A stretch of DNA of 62,557 bases, filler included, from Sphingomonadaceae bacterium (GCA_050261575.1; 3 parts of 3 records of this genome joined end to end with filler, not necessarily neighbours in it); one strand, 5' to 3'; counted from the first letter of the whole stretch, positions 19,018 to 29,207 are shown. Made by a program: numbers and translations. The notes: generated from the letters alone by a model not told the origin.

Positions 19018-20127
19018 CTACTTCTTCTTCTCTGCGGCTCTCGCCTCTTCCACCAGCGCCTTGGCGCCGGGGTCCAGGCTGGCCCAGAACTCCGCGGCCT
19101 TCTTGGAGTCCATGTAGCGGACGGTGAGGCCGGCCTCGTCCATCTTCTTCATGTGCTCGGGCTCGTCCATCGCCTTCTTCATGGCCGCGCTCAGGATGTC
19201 CACGATCTCCTGAGGGGTCCCCGCGGGGGCGACCAGGGTTCGGCTGGAGGCGTTGGTGATCTTGTAGCCGGCTTCGATGAAGGTGGGGGCATCCGGGTAG
19301 TACTTGCTGCGCTCGGTGTCGGCCACGGCCAGCACCCGGACCTGGCCGCTCTTGACCTGGGCGAGGAAGTCGCCCACGTGGCCGAAGGAGGCGTCGATGT
19401 GATCGCCCAGCAGGGCGCTCAGGTTGGCTGCGGCACCGTCGAAGCCGACGTTGGCGAACTTGGCGCCGGAGGCCTTCTCCAGTTGGTAGATGCCCAGGTG
19501 GTCGTCGGTCATCGGTCCGTCGGACCCGAACTTCACCTTCTCGGGCTCAGCCTTGCCGGCTTCGACCAGGTCCTTGATGGTCTTGTACTTTCCGCTGGCC
19601 TTGACGCCGACGGCAGAGGGGTCGACCACCTGCACGCCGATCGGCACGAAGCTGTCCTTGTTGAAGACGGCCTTGCGCTCGGGATCGGAGTAGATCAGGT
19701 TGGTGTTGGGCAGGTTGGCGAAGCCGATGGTGTAGCCGTCGGGCTTGGACTTGGCTATCTCGGTGAGACCGGTCTGCGAGCCAGCTCCGGACTTGTTCAC
19801 TACCTGGATGGAGACGCCCAACGCCTTCTCCATACCGGGGACCAGCAATCGGGCGCCGACGTCGGTGCTGCCGCCGGCGCCGAAGGGGACGATCATCGTG
19901 ATGGTCTTGCCCTTCTCGGGGAAGGCAACCTTCGGGGCCTGGGTGGGCTGCGCGGCTGGGGCCTGCGTTGCCGCGGCGGGGGCCTGTGTGGCCGCGGCTG
20001 GGGCCTTCGTGGCATCCTTAGGGGCGGCGGTGGGGGCGGGAGCCGCGGGCGCACCGCAAGCGGTGGCGGTCACGGCGACTGCTGCGAGGGCGGAAATGCA
20101 TAGGCCTAACACCTGTTTCCGTGTCAT
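19018..20127 (-). CDS. tctC: Tripartite tricarboxylate transporter substrate-binding lipoprotein (TctC/Bug family)
   Basis: Lipobox ATAC, Ala/Pro linker, FP.K.ITMIVPFGAGGSTD, VVNKSGAG, KPDGYT. Confidence 0.9.
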   Translation of the reverse strand: MTRKQVLGLCISALAAVAVTATACGAPAAPAPTAAPKDATKAPAAATQAPAAATQAPAAQPTQAPKVAFPEKGKTITMIVPFGAGGSTDVGARLLVPGMEKALGVSIQVVNKSGAGSQTGLTEIAKSKPDGYTIGFANLPNTNLIYSDPERKAVFNKDSFVPIGVQVVDPSAVGVKASGKYKTIKDLVEAGKAEPEKVKFGSDGPMTDDHLGIYQLEKASGAKFANVGFDGAAANLSALLGDHIDASFGHVGDFLAQVKSGQVRVLAVADTERSKYYPDAPTFIEAGYKITNASSRTLVAPAGTPQEIVDILSAAMKKAMDEPEHMKKMDEAGLTVRYMDSKKAAEFWASLDPGAKALVEEARAAEKKK

Positions 20128-20384
20128 GGGATCCATCTCCTTCTTCAGCTTGCATCCAAGACTGGGCTGACTCTCAATGGATCGACCGATGGAGGGTTGA
20201 CGAGAGATGGAACGGGTTTCGGCTCGCAATGGCACCCTCCAGTTACGTCGGCGGCCGGCGCTAAATCGAGTGCACGGCGCGCGCAAGGGTGTCTCCGACG
20301 AGCCTTCTTTGTGTGCCACCTCCTTGCGTTCGAGTTGTGGATGCGGGTGCGCCGCTTCCTGCCCCGATCGGCTCCTTCGGTCTG

Positions 20385-20456
20385 CTAAGCAGGCATCTCC
20401 AGTCCATGTCCACTTCTCTCGCGGGATACGCGCTCTCTATCTAGATACCTGCTTAG
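20385..20456. mobile_element. ~72-bp MITE, copy A
   Basis: CTA|AGCAGGCATCT...AGATACCTGCT|TAG terminal inverted repeats; interior similar to copies at 50048 and 60113. Confidence 0.7.
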
Positions 20457-21027
20457 GGCCCGGACCTGGAGGAATCGGTGGGGAGAGGAACGTTGCGGTA
20501 GTACGGCCCCCACCACAGGCAATGCTCCGGGCCGAGCGTGGAACTCCATGGGGATGCGGTCGCTGCGCCCAGCCTGCCCGGCAGTCTGGCCAAACCAAGT
20601 CCCTCTCATCGCGTGCAGCGTACTCGCTAATCCACCTGCTGTCAACGAGCACACGTGTTGTTCTCCGTGGGGCGCGGCGCGGCTTTCTGGGAGACCCCGT
20701 TTCGAGTGGTGGGGACGAAGCATCGGCGGCAGAGGCCGGTGCCGCAGGGCCACGTCGAGGCACCAATGCTCCGCCCTACGCTGCAATACGGGCCCTCGCC
20801 CCGGAAACGTGTGCCGCACCCCTGTCGCCGGCGGCGGTTGTGATTGGGGGTCCGACAGGGTATTATTAACGTAGACGGTAAGCGAGAGCTTCTAAAGGGG
20901 CGACCCGCCCGGGTCGCCCTTATCTATGTCGAGAAACGGGAACGAGACCTTGGAACCGAACGTCGAGAACCGAGCGGGGACGGCCCCACGATCGCCATCC
21001 TCCTGTGCGGGCCGGCCCGAAAAGACG

Positions 21028-22842
21028 GTGCGCGCCGAGCTGCGAAACGTCGCCATCATCGCCCACGTGGACCACGGCAAGACCACCCTGGTGGATGGAC
21101 TCCTCAAGCAGAGCAACACCTTTCGGCCGAACCAGGAGGTGGGGGAGCTGATCCTGGATTCGAACGCCCTGGAGAGGGAGAAGGGGATCACCATCCTGGC
21201 GAAGAACACCGCCATCCACTACCGGGGAGTCAAGATCAACATCATCGACACCCCCGGCCACGCCGACTTCTCGGGCGAGGTGGAGCGGGTGCTCAACATG
21301 GCCGACGGCTGCCTTCTGCTGGTGGATGCTGTCGATGGCCCCATGCCCCAGACCAAGTTCGTCCTGCGCAAGGCGCTGCAGTTGGGGCTGAGGCCGGTGG
21401 TGGTGATCAACAAGATGGACCGCCCGAACGCCCGTCCCGGCTTCGTGCTCGACGCAGTTCAAGACCTTTTCCTGGAGCTGGCCACCGATGCCGATCAACT
21501 GGAGTTCGAGGTGGTCTACGCCAACGCTCGGGACGGCCGGGCGAGCCGCGACCCCGATCGGCTGGCGCCGACCCTCGCGCCCCTCTTCGACACGATCCTG
21601 GAGACCATGCCTGCCCCCGAGGTCGACCTGACCGGCGGCTTCCAGATGCTGGTGGCGAACATCAGCTACGACGAGTATCGCGGCCGGGCGGCTATCGGCC
21701 GGGTGGCACGAGGGAGCATCGCGGCCGGCGAGCCGCTGGTGCGGATCGACGTCGAGGGCAAGGTGTGGCCCCAGCGAGCGAGCCAGATCTTCACCTTCGA
21801 CGGACTGAAGAGGGTGCCTGTGGAGGTGGCTCGGGCCGGCGACATCGTCATCGTCACCGGACTGGACGAGGTGAACATCGGGGACACCGTCGCCTGCGCC
21901 GAGGCTCCCGAGGCGCTCCCTCGGATCGAGATAGAGGCGCCGACTGTGAAGATCACCCTGGGGGTCAACACCTCCCCCTTCTCGGGCAAGGAGGGGAAGT
22001 ACTCCACCTCCAGGCAGCTTCGGGCTCGGCTCTACCGCGAGTTGGAGACCAACATCGCGCTGCGGGTGGAGGACACCGCTTCCGCCGACGAATTCCTCGT
22101 CTCTGGCCGCGGGGAGCTGCACCTGGCGATCCTGCTGGAGACGATGCGGCGCGAGGGGTACGAGTTCCAGGTGTCGCGGCCGGAGGTGATCACCCACGAG
22201 GAGGGGGGCGTGACGGTGGAGCCGGTGGAGGACTTGGTGATCGAGACCACCGAGCAGTACGTCGGGCCGCTCACCGAGCAGCTTGCCCAGCGGCTGGGGA
22301 CGATGACCAACCTGCACAACGACGGGTCTGGCAACGTGCGGCTGGAGTACCGTATCCCAACCCGAGGGCTGATCGGATTCCGCAGCGCGTTCCTCACGAC
22401 GACGCGGGGCGACGGGATCATGGGTAGCCAGCTTGCGGGCTTCGAGCCGTGGAGGGGGCCCATCACATCCTCCCGAAACGGGGCGCTGGTGGCGACGGAC
22501 GGCGGCACGGCTACCACCTACGGCCTGAACAACGCCCAGGAGCGGGGCTTCACCTTCATCGATCCCGGCACGCAGGTATACGAGGGGATGATCGTGGGCG
22601 AGTCGCGCTACCCCCACGACGTCCTGGTGAACGTCTGCAAAGAGAAGAAGCTGACGAACATCCGCTCGTCGACGTCCGACATCGCCATCAAGCTGACGCC
22701 GAAGGTGGATCTGAGCCTAGAGGAGTCGATGGAGTTCGTCGGGCCCGACGAGCTGTTGGAGATCACGCCCCAGTCGATCCGGCTGCGGAAGAAGCTGCTA
22801 TCGGCGGAGGAACGCGGCAAGGCCCGGAAGCGAGCGGGATAG
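21028..22842 (+). CDS. typA: Translational GTPase TypA/BipA
   Basis: [56 protein letters not shown]; start could extend to 20926. Confidence 0.97.
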   Translation: MRAELRNVAIIAHVDHGKTTLVDGLLKQSNTFRPNQEVGELILDSNALEREKGITILAKNTAIHYRGVKINIIDTPGHADFSGEVERVLNMADGCLLLVDAVDGPMPQTKFVLRKALQLGLRPVVVINKMDRPNARPGFVLDAVQDLFLELATDADQLEFEVVYANARDGRASRDPDRLAPTLAPLFDTILETMPAPEVDLTGGFQMLVANISYDEYRGRAAIGRVARGSIAAGEPLVRIDVEGKVWPQRASQIFTFDGLKRVPVEVARAGDIVIVTGLDEVNIGDTVACAEAPEALPRIEIEAPTVKITLGVNTSPFSGKEGKYSTSRQLRARLYRELETNIALRVEDTASADEFLVSGRGELHLAILLETMRREGYEFQVSRPEVITHEEGGVTVEPVEDLVIETTEQYVGPLTEQLAQRLGTMTNLHNDGSGNVRLEYRIPTRGLIGFRSAFLTTTRGDGIMGSQLAGFEPWRGPITSSRNGALVATDGGTATTYGLNNAQERGFTFIDPGTQVYEGMIVGESRYPHDVLVNVCKEKKLTNIRSSTSDIAIKLTPKVDLSLEESMEFVGPDELLEITPQSIRLRKKLLSAEERGKARKRAG

Positions 22843-22897
22843 CCCGGCGCATGGTTTCCATACGGAACAATCATGATCGCTCTTGGGCGGAGTTGTA

Positions 22898-22925
22898 TCG
22901 ACTTTACGTCCTTTTCTGCTATAAT
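22898..22925 (+). promoter_or_regulatory. sigma70 promoter with extended -10
   Basis: TCGACT-16bp-TATAAT with TG at the extended -10 position. Confidence 0.65.
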
Positions 22926-23005
22926 CCCCCAGGTTAAGGACGGTTGCCCCTTTCCGTGGCCTCAGGTCCTACCAGATCCCCTTGTTTCCGCTTCGGCGGC
23001 GAACG

Positions 23006-23032
23006 GCGCGCAGGGTGAACTGCGCGCTTTTT
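23006..23032 (+). terminator. Intrinsic terminator inside the leader of the small Zn-ribbon gene
   Basis: GCGCGCAG-GGTGAA-CTGCGCGC-TTTTT. Confidence 0.7.
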
Positions 23033-23104
23033 CTGGGCGCACACGGGGAAGCCCAACACACTCTTTGCGTCCATGAAGAGACGCTATTCTACGGAGGGAT
23101 TAGC

Positions 23105-23305
23105 TTGGCAGGCGCTAGCAGCAAGACCATCGCGCGCGCAATGGGGTTGAAGCAGGACATCGATCCGAATCAGCGGCTCTCTTCGCCTCGCACCTGCGTC
23201 CGGTGCGCCAAGAGGATCGAGACCGTCGGCGACTTGTTCCCCGTTCGGGTCATGGGCAAGGGTATGGCAGCCTACTGTAAGTCTTGCCGCGACTCCTTGC
23301 GGTAG
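23105..23305 (+). CDS. 66-aa basic protein with CxxC...CxxC (putative Zn ribbon), unknown function
   Basis: GGAGGG RBS, TTG start, CVRC and CKSC pairs, own downstream terminator. Confidence 0.7.
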   Translation: MAGASSKTIARAMGLKQDIDPNQRLSSPRTCVRCAKRIETVGDLFPVRVMGKGMAAYCKSCRDSLR

Positions 23306-23331
23306 CTTCAGGGGAGGAATACCCCACCTGG

Positions 23332-23362
23332 AGGCCGGTCGGCGCGCGCCGACCGGCCTTTT
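23332..23362 (+). terminator. Intrinsic terminator
   Basis: AGGCCGGTCGGCGC/GCGCCGACCGGCCT perfect palindrome followed by TTT. Confidence 0.75.
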
Positions 23363-23444
23363 GCTGTGGTTTGCGGATTGGCACCGGCATTCGCTAGAAT
23401 GGATCTCGCCGACCCAAGGTCCAACTATGGAAGGAGACTGCCCA

Positions 23445-23990
23445 ATGCAACTGGTCGCGGTGCGTCGCGCCCTGTCGCTGGACGACACGAGCCGCCGTCT
23501 GTTGAGCCCGGAGGGGTTCCGCCAGGCGCAGGCGGTGGCCAACGCGCTGGCCGAGCAGTTCCCCAACGCGTCCCATCTGCTCACCAGCCCTTCCATACGG
23601 GCGGTGCAGACGGCGACCCTGATCGGCGGACGGCTCGGCCTGGTGCCAGAGGAGTTCGAGCCCATCGACGAGGTGGTGCCGCAGCCGGGGGTCGACCGGG
23701 AGGAGTACCTGAGGGAGGTCTACCCCCGCTGCATCGGGGCCTTCCGCCAGATAGTCAACGACCACGATGGCGTCGTGATCGCCGTGACCCACCGCCGGGT
23801 GCTGAGCGCCTACCTGGCCCTCTTCTGGGGCTTCGAGAACCCGCGGGATGCCTGGGTGAAGGCCATCGCCCGCAGAACCGGCTGGGAGCTGGACGTTCCC
23901 CCGGCCTCCATCACGGTGGTGGACGTGAACGGCGAGGGCCGCCCGACCCTCCGTCGCCTCGGAGACGTGAGCCACCTCGAATCCCAGTGA
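23445..23990 (+). CDS. Histidine-phosphatase (PGM-like) superfamily protein lacking the RHG histidine
   Basis: LVAVRRA in place of LVRHG; LSPEG..QA, TSPSIRAVQTA, VTH, ASIT, DVSHL; AAGGAG RBS. Confidence 0.8.
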   Translation: MQLVAVRRALSLDDTSRRLLSPEGFRQAQAVANALAEQFPNASHLLTSPSIRAVQTATLIGGRLGLVPEEFEPIDEVVPQPGVDREEYLREVYPRCIGAFRQIVNDHDGVVIAVTHRRVLSAYLALFWGFENPRDAWVKAIARRTGWELDVPPASITVVDVNGEGRPTLRRLGDVSHLESQ

Positions 23991-24035
23991 TGAGTGATCA
24001 GTAACGAGTGATGAGCGGACTCATCACTCGTTACT
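23987..24035. repeat. (GTGATGA)n heptamer hairpin overlapping the stop codon
   Basis: GTGATGA GTGATCA GTAACGA GTGATGA GCGGAC TCATCAC TCGTTAC. Confidence 0.7.
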
Positions 24036-24106
24036 ACCGCTCGTGACCGATATCCCCTGTTCGCTCCCCCCTCCGCGGATGCCCATCCCTCACCCCGGCC
24101 GACTAC

Positions 24107-24206
24107 NNNNNNNNNNNNNNNNNNNNNNNNNNNNNNNNNNNNNNNNNNNNTTAATTAATTAANNNNNNNNNNNNNNNNNNNNNNNNNNNNNNNNNNNNNN
24201 NNNNNN
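24107..24206. other. Artificial contig spacer
   Basis: N44-TTAATTAATTAA-N44; six-frame stop linker. Confidence 0.97.
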
Positions 24207-24596
24207 GTGATAGTGGGGACGGGTGCCGACCCGACGAGATTGGAGCGGATCGAGGCGCTGGGGAATGCGGTTATCACCGTGCCACGACGACAGGGGCGGG
24301 TGGACCTGGAGGCCGCCTTCCAGATACTCGCCACCGAATGGGGTGTCACGTCGGTGCTGGTGGAGGGGGGTGGAGAGCTGCTCGGCTCCCTTTTCGACCG
24401 GGGGCTCGTGGACAAGCTGGTGGCCTTCATCGCCCCTAAGCTTGTGGGTGGTGCCCAAGCCCCGGGGCCGGTGGGCGGGAAGGGAGTCGAATCGATCGGC
24501 GCGGCGGTGCGGTTGCGAGACTTTGCCTGGGAACGGATCGACGACGACCTCATGATCGTCGGATACGTGGATAGAGGAAGATGTTCACCGGAATAG
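24207..24596 (+). CDS. ribD: RibD, C-terminal reductase part (5'-truncated at contig start)
   Basis: SVLVEGGG.L, LVDKL..FIAPKL.GG; directly upstream of ribE. Confidence 0.9.
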   Translation: MIVGTGADPTRLERIEALGNAVITVPRRQGRVDLEAAFQILATEWGVTSVLVEGGGELLGSLFDRGLVDKLVAFIAPKLVGGAQAPGPVGGKGVESIGAAVRLRDFAWERIDDDLMIVGYVDRGRCSPE

Positions 24597-25222
24597 TCGA
24601 GGAGATTGGCCTGGTGGATCTGATGGCCAATGTTGGCGGGGGCCATCAGTTGCGAGTCCGTGCCCGCAAGGTGTTGGAGGACCTGAAGCTGGGGGACAGC
24701 GTGGCGGTAAACGGCGCCTGTCTCACGGTCACCCGGTTCGACGCCTCCGGCTTCACCGTGGATCTCTCTCCAGAGACCCTGCGACGCACCAACCTGGGCG
24801 AGGCGCGGCCCGGCGACAGGGTAAACCTGGAGCGTGCGCTGCGGCCCACCGATAGGATGGGCGGGCACTACGTCCAGGGGCACGTGGACGCAGTCGGCGC
24901 CATCGCCGAGCGGCGGAGAGAAGGTGACTCCCTGGTGGTCCGGATCGGCTGCCCGCAGGAACTGTCGCGCTACGTCGTCGAGAAGGGCTTCATCGCCGTG
25001 GACGGCGTGAGCCTCACGGTGACCGGCCGCGGGGATGGATGGTTCGCCGTCTCGCTGATACCCTTCACGCAGCGCGTGGTAACCCTGGGCGACAAGGCCG
25101 TGGGGGAGAAGGTCAACCTGGAGGTTGACATAATGGCCAAGTACGTGGAGAGCCTGCTGGCCCATCGGGAGCGTGGCAGGGGAGTCACCGCCGAGTTCCT
25201 GGCGGAGCAAGGCTTCATCTGA
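24581..25222 (+). CDS. ribE: Riboflavin synthase alpha chain
   Basis: MFTGIVEE, GDSVAVNGACLTV, VNLERAL, GGHYVQGHVD, KGFIAVDGVSLTV. Confidence 0.97.
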   Translation: MFTGIVEEIGLVDLMANVGGGHQLRVRARKVLEDLKLGDSVAVNGACLTVTRFDASGFTVDLSPETLRRTNLGEARPGDRVNLERALRPTDRMGGHYVQGHVDAVGAIAERRREGDSLVVRIGCPQELSRYVVEKGFIAVDGVSLTVTGRGDGWFAVSLIPFTQRVVTLGDKAVGEKVNLEVDIMAKYVESLLAHRERGRGVTAEFLAEQGFI

Positions 25223-25372
25223 GAACTGGGGACTGAGGGCCGAGGGTTGAGGACCGAGGGGCGGACTGCCATGCTCGCATTGCCATGCTCGCATCACTCA
25301 GCACCCAGGGCTACACGGGACCTATCACTCAGGACTGACGCACTAACCGCTGATGGCTGACAGGTTACGGCT
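25220..25372. repeat. Heptamer repeat cluster between ribE and ribBA
   Basis: GAACTGG GGACTGA GGGCCGA GGGTTGA GGACCGA; TCACTCA GCACCCA; GCTGATG GCTGACA; duplicated GCCATGCTCGCAT. Confidence 0.6.
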
Positions 25373-25386
25373 GGGAGGTGGTAAGG

Positions 25387-26631
25387 GTGCCACTGGCTAC
25401 GGTGGCGGAGGCCATAGAGGATATCAGGAGCGGGAAGTTCGTAATCGTCGTGGACGACGAAGACCGCGAAAACGAGGGCGATCTGGTGATCGCCGCCGAG
25501 CACGTCACCCCCGAGGCGATCAACTTCATGGCCCGTTACGGTCGTGGGCTGATCTGCATGCCGATCATCGGCAAGCGCCTGGACGAACTCCAGATCCCGA
25601 TGATGGTGGAGCACAACACCTCGGGCTTCGGCACCGCCTTCACCGTCTCGGTGGAGGCCAAGCATAGGGTCACCACCGGCATCTCTGCCCACGACCGCGC
25701 GGCCACGGTGAGGGCGATCCTGGATCCGGCTACGCGTCCGGATGATCTGGCCAGGCCAGGCCACATGTTCCCCCTTAGGGCTGCCGAGGGCGGCGTCCTC
25801 AAGCGGGCGGGGCAGACGGAGGCCGCGGTGGATCTGGCTCGGCTGGCCGGGCTCTACCCCGCTGGGGTCATCTGCGAGATCATGAGCGAGGACGGCACGA
25901 TGGCCCGGCTGCCGGAGTTGGAGCGGTTCAGCCAGCAGCACGGGATCAAGATCATCAGCGTTGCCCAGCTAATCGACTACCGGCGCCACAGAGAGAAGCT
26001 AGTGCGCCGGGTGGCCGAGGCGCTGCTTCCCACCCGCTACGGCGACTTCGTGATCTACGCCTACGCCTCAGCGGTGGATCGCGACGAGCACGTAGCCCTG
26101 GTGATGGGCGACCCGCGGGAGGGCCCGCCGCCGCTGGTGCGGGTCCACTCCGAGTGCCTCACGGGCGACGTGCTGGGGTCCCTCCGGTGTGACTGTGGGG
26201 ACCAGCTTCGAGTGGCGATGGAGAAGATCGGCCAGGAGGGGCGCGGCGTGGTCCTCTACATGAGGCAGGAGGGCCGTGGGATCGGCCTGCACAACAAGGT
26301 GAAGGCCTACCATCTCCAGGACAACGGGCTGGACACCGTAGAGGCTAACCGACAGCTCGGCTTCCCGGCAGACAAGCGTGACTACGGGATCGGGGCGCAG
26401 ATCCTCGTGGATCTAGGTCTCTCCAGGATTAGGCTGATGACCAACAACCCGCGGAAGCTGGTGGGGCTGCAGGGATTCGGCCTGGAGATCGTCGAGCGGG
26501 TTCCCCTGGTGTGCGAGCCCGTCCCCACCAACCTGCAGTACCTGCTGACGAAACAGGAGAAGATGGGGCACCTGCTTGGGCTGGACCCCGAGGAACTCAA
26601 GGAGGAGACTCTCGATGGGAAGGGTGTTTGA
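25387..26631 (+). CDS. ribBA: Bifunctional DHBP synthase / GTP cyclohydrolase II
   Basis: [52 protein letters not shown]. Confidence 0.98.
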   Translation: MPLATVAEAIEDIRSGKFVIVVDDEDRENEGDLVIAAEHVTPEAINFMARYGRGLICMPIIGKRLDELQIPMMVEHNTSGFGTAFTVSVEAKHRVTTGISAHDRAATVRAILDPATRPDDLARPGHMFPLRAAEGGVLKRAGQTEAAVDLARLAGLYPAGVICEIMSEDGTMARLPELERFSQQHGIKIISVAQLIDYRRHREKLVRRVAEALLPTRYGDFVIYAYASAVDRDEHVALVMGDPREGPPPLVRVHSECLTGDVLGSLRCDCGDQLRVAMEKIGQEGRGVVLYMRQEGRGIGLHNKVKAYHLQDNGLDTVEANRQLGFPADKRDYGIGAQILVDLGLSRIRLMTNNPRKLVGLQGFGLEIVERVPLVCEPVPTNLQYLLTKQEKMGHLLGLDPEELKEETLDGKGV

Positions 26632-27091
26632 GGGAGAGCTAGTCGGGCGAGGGTTGCGCTTCGCCGCCGTCGTATCTCGGTTCAACGAGTTCATCAGTGG
26701 CCGGCTGCTGGGCGGGGCGAAGGATGCCCTGGTGCGCCACGGGGTAGCGGAGGAGAACCTGGACGTGGCGTGGGTGCCTGGGGCTTTCGAGATCCCTCTG
26801 GTGGCCAAGAAGCTGGCCCAGACGGGAGAGTACGCCGCGGTGATCTGCCTCGGGGCCGTGATTCGGGGCGCCACCCCCCACTTCGACTACGTGGCTGCGG
26901 AGGTCTCCAAGGGGATAGCGGCAGTCAGCCTGGACACCGGGGTGCCGGTGATCTTCGGCGTGATCACCGCCGACAACTTGGAGCAGGCTATCGAGCGGGC
27001 TGGGACCAAGTCGGGCAACAAGGGCTTCGACGCGGCTGTGGCGGCCATCGAGATGGCCAACCTGGTGGCGGCGCTGAGGACGGAGCGGTAG
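26615..27091 (+). CDS. ribH: 6,7-dimethyl-8-ribityllumazine synthase
   Basis: [43 protein letters not shown]. Confidence 0.98.
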   Translation: MGRVFEGELVGRGLRFAAVVSRFNEFISGRLLGGAKDALVRHGVAEENLDVAWVPGAFEIPLVAKKLAQTGEYAAVICLGAVIRGATPHFDYVAAEVSKGIAAVSLDTGVPVIFGVITADNLEQAIERAGTKSGNKGFDAAVAAIEMANLVAALRTER

Positions 27092-27114
27092 CCGGGTTAG
27101 AGGCGGGCTGGGCG

Positions 27115-27250
27115 GTCGTGCCCAGCGAGGCGAAGCATCTCACCGCTGGCTGGAGACCCTTGGCTGCCCTTTGGTGACAAGCGATGCCCGACTGGTAGGC
27201 CGAGCGAAGCGAAGGGTCTCTTTGTCCGGAGCCTGCTCGGCTCGCCAGAT
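27115..27250. repeat. Degenerate REP-like palindromic element (GAGCGAAGCGAAG..TCTC family)
   Basis: GTCGTGCCCAGCGAGGCGAAGCATCTC...GAGACCCTT...TGACA; shares GTCC.GAGCCTGCTCGGCT.GCC with 31891-31982. Confidence 0.5.
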
Positions 27251-27292
27251 CGCCCCGTAATCGGTTTGGCGCCATCCTGGGCGCCATGCCCC

Positions 27293-27907
27293 TCAGACTC
27301 GCTGGCCCAGCTTCCGCTCGGTGCCGTTCAGCAGCCGCTGGATGTTATCCCGATGGCTCAAGATCACGAATGCGGCGCCGAGCAGCCCGAAGAGCAGGTG
27401 GGGCAACGGCTGCCCCAGCAGAAGGACCAGGAGCAGCATGGCGAAAGGCACGGTGCAGGATCCGAGGACGGATCCGAGGGAGACGTATCGGCTCCACGCG
27501 ATGATGGCTATCCCGATGGCGGCGGCTATGGCCATAGCCGCGGGTGCGATCACCGCCAGTGCGCCAAGCCCGGTGGTAACACCCCTGCCTCCCTTGAAGC
27601 CGATGTAAAGGGAGTAGTTGTGTCCGAAGAGGGCTGCCATCCCCGTCACCACGTCTGCCGTTGGGTCTCCAGGCACCAGCAGGCGGGCGATCAGGACGGC
27701 GGCAATACCCTTGACGAAGTCGGCGGCAAAGACTGGCGCGGCCGCGCGCCAGCCCATGGTGCGGAGGACGTTGGTGGCGCCGGTGCGCCTGCTGCCCTTG
27801 TTGAGAAGGTCCACATTGCCGCGCAGCCGCGCCAGGATGTAGCCGGAGGGGATCGATCCAAGCAGGTAGGCCGCAGCGGCCACGAAGAGATAGGTTGAGA
27901 TCGGCAT
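27293..27907 (-). CDS. plsY: Glycerol-3-phosphate acyltransferase PlsY
   Basis: YLLGSIPSG, GS..TGATNVLR, D.VKG, GHNYS....FKGGRGV.T, H..NIQRL..G.E. Confidence 0.96.
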   Translation of the reverse strand: MPISTYLFVAAAAYLLGSIPSGYILARLRGNVDLLNKGSRRTGATNVLRTMGWRAAAPVFAADFVKGIAAVLIARLLVPGDPTADVVTGMAALFGHNYSLYIGFKGGRGVTTGLGALAVIAPAAMAIAAAIGIAIIAWSRYVSLGSVLGSCTVPFAMLLLVLLLGQPLPHLLFGLLGAAFVILSHRDNIQRLLNGTERKLGQRV

Positions 27908-28018
27908 CTTCTCCTTGCTGTTCTCCGAGTCTGCCACCGATGCCCGGCCCCAGGCGGCCTCTCCGCGGTGGCGTTCGCTCGCACGGCATGATAGCATACC
28001 GCGACGGGTAGGCAGAAG

Positions 28019-29029
28019 ATGTCCGAAACGGTATGTGTGGTCAACGCTGGAGGATGGGGAACGGCCCTATCGGTGCTGCTGGCCGGCACGGGCTGCAAGG
28101 TGCGGCTGTGGGCGCGACGCCCGGAGCTGGCACTTCGTATCGCCTCGACCAGAGAGAACAGCGATTACCTGCCAGGTGTGCGCATTCCGGAATGCGTGTC
28201 GGTCACCTCGGTGCTGGAGGAGGCAGTGGATGGCTGCTCCGTCGTGCTCGTTCTCCCCATCTCCCGCGCGATGCCCGAGCTGGCGGCGCGCCTGGCATCC
28301 TTGGTGACCCCTGACCAGTTAGTGGTGAGCGGCAGCAAAGGGTTGGACGAGGCGACCCTGCGGACCGGCACGCAACTGCTGGAGGACGCCCTGGGCCCCG
28401 CCCATCGGGGGCGCGTGGCAGCCATCTCTGGACCGAACCATGCCGAGGAGGTGAGTAGGGGCATACCCACCGCCACCGTAGCCGCCTGCCGCGACCAGGA
28501 GATCGCCCGTCGCATTCAGTCGATCCTCTCTACTCCCAGCTTCCGCGTCTACACCAATCCGGACGTGCTGGGGGTGGAGTTGTGCGGCGCCGTCAAGAAC
28601 GTCGTCGCGCTGGCGGCGGGCATGTCCGACGGACTCGGCTACGGTGACAACGCGAAAGCCGCCCTCATCACTCGCAGCCTGGCGGAGATCGGCCGGCTGG
28701 TGGTGCAGATGGGGGGCGAACCATCCACCGTGGCCGGACTCGCGGGCATCGGGGACCTCATCGCCACCTGCACCAGCCGGCACAGCAGGAATCGCGCGGC
28801 GGGGGAGGCCATCGCCAGGGGCAAGACCGTGGCGGAGATCGAAGCCAGTTCTCCGATGGTGGTGGAGGGGATACCGGCCACCCGGGCCGTGCTGAAGCTT
28901 GCGCGGCTGAAGGGGGTGGAGATGCCCATCACCCGACAGGTTCACGCGGTGCTCTTCGAGGAGGTCGACCCTCTGGAAGGGTTGGCGCGCCTCATGGCGC
29001 GAGAGTCCACCTCGGAGCCCTGGATGTAG
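28019..29029 (+). CDS. gpsA: NAD(P)H-dependent glycerol-3-phosphate dehydrogenase
   Basis: AGGWGTAL, SKG, SGPNHAEE, GAVKNV, GLAGIGDL.ATC.S..SRN, VEG. Confidence 0.96.
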   Translation: MSETVCVVNAGGWGTALSVLLAGTGCKVRLWARRPELALRIASTRENSDYLPGVRIPECVSVTSVLEEAVDGCSVVLVLPISRAMPELAARLASLVTPDQLVVSGSKGLDEATLRTGTQLLEDALGPAHRGRVAAISGPNHAEEVSRGIPTATVAACRDQEIARRIQSILSTPSFRVYTNPDVLGVELCGAVKNVVALAAGMSDGLGYGDNAKAALITRSLAEIGRLVVQMGGEPSTVAGLAGIGDLIATCTSRHSRNRAAGEAIARGKTVAEIEASSPMVVEGIPATRAVLKLARLKGVEMPITRQVHAVLFEEVDPLEGLARLMARESTSEPWM

Positions 29030-29119
29030 CTGGAGCCTCTTGGCGGGCCTGGGCGGGCTCCGCAAGAAGGCCGACGCCCACCTATTCCACAGCTTTCTCC
29101 ATAACCCGTCCAAATCCCC

Positions 29120-29207
29120 TTGACAGGCCAAGATGTTGTGGCATCATACCTGCTGGATACCACAAGATGTTGTGTCCTAGGTTCACCAAGCACACAATAT
29201 CTTGAGC
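29120..29207 (+). promoter_or_regulatory. nrdJ promoter with three NrdR-box-like sites
   Basis: TTGACA at 29120; GGCCAAGATGTTGTGG, CCACAAGATGTTGTGT and ACACAATATCTTGAGC match the acaCwAtATaTwGtgt consensus. Confidence 0.8.

Noticed and set aside
19018..20319. Long N-terminal extensions given by the ORF track (also for E1, oppC, csaA, TetR, sdpI)
   Set aside because: Downstream starts have proper RBSs and match family N-termini
2758..25372. Short repeats as a CRISPR array
   Set aside because: Units are 7 nt and tandem, with no 23-47-bp repeats separated by unique spacers and no cas genes
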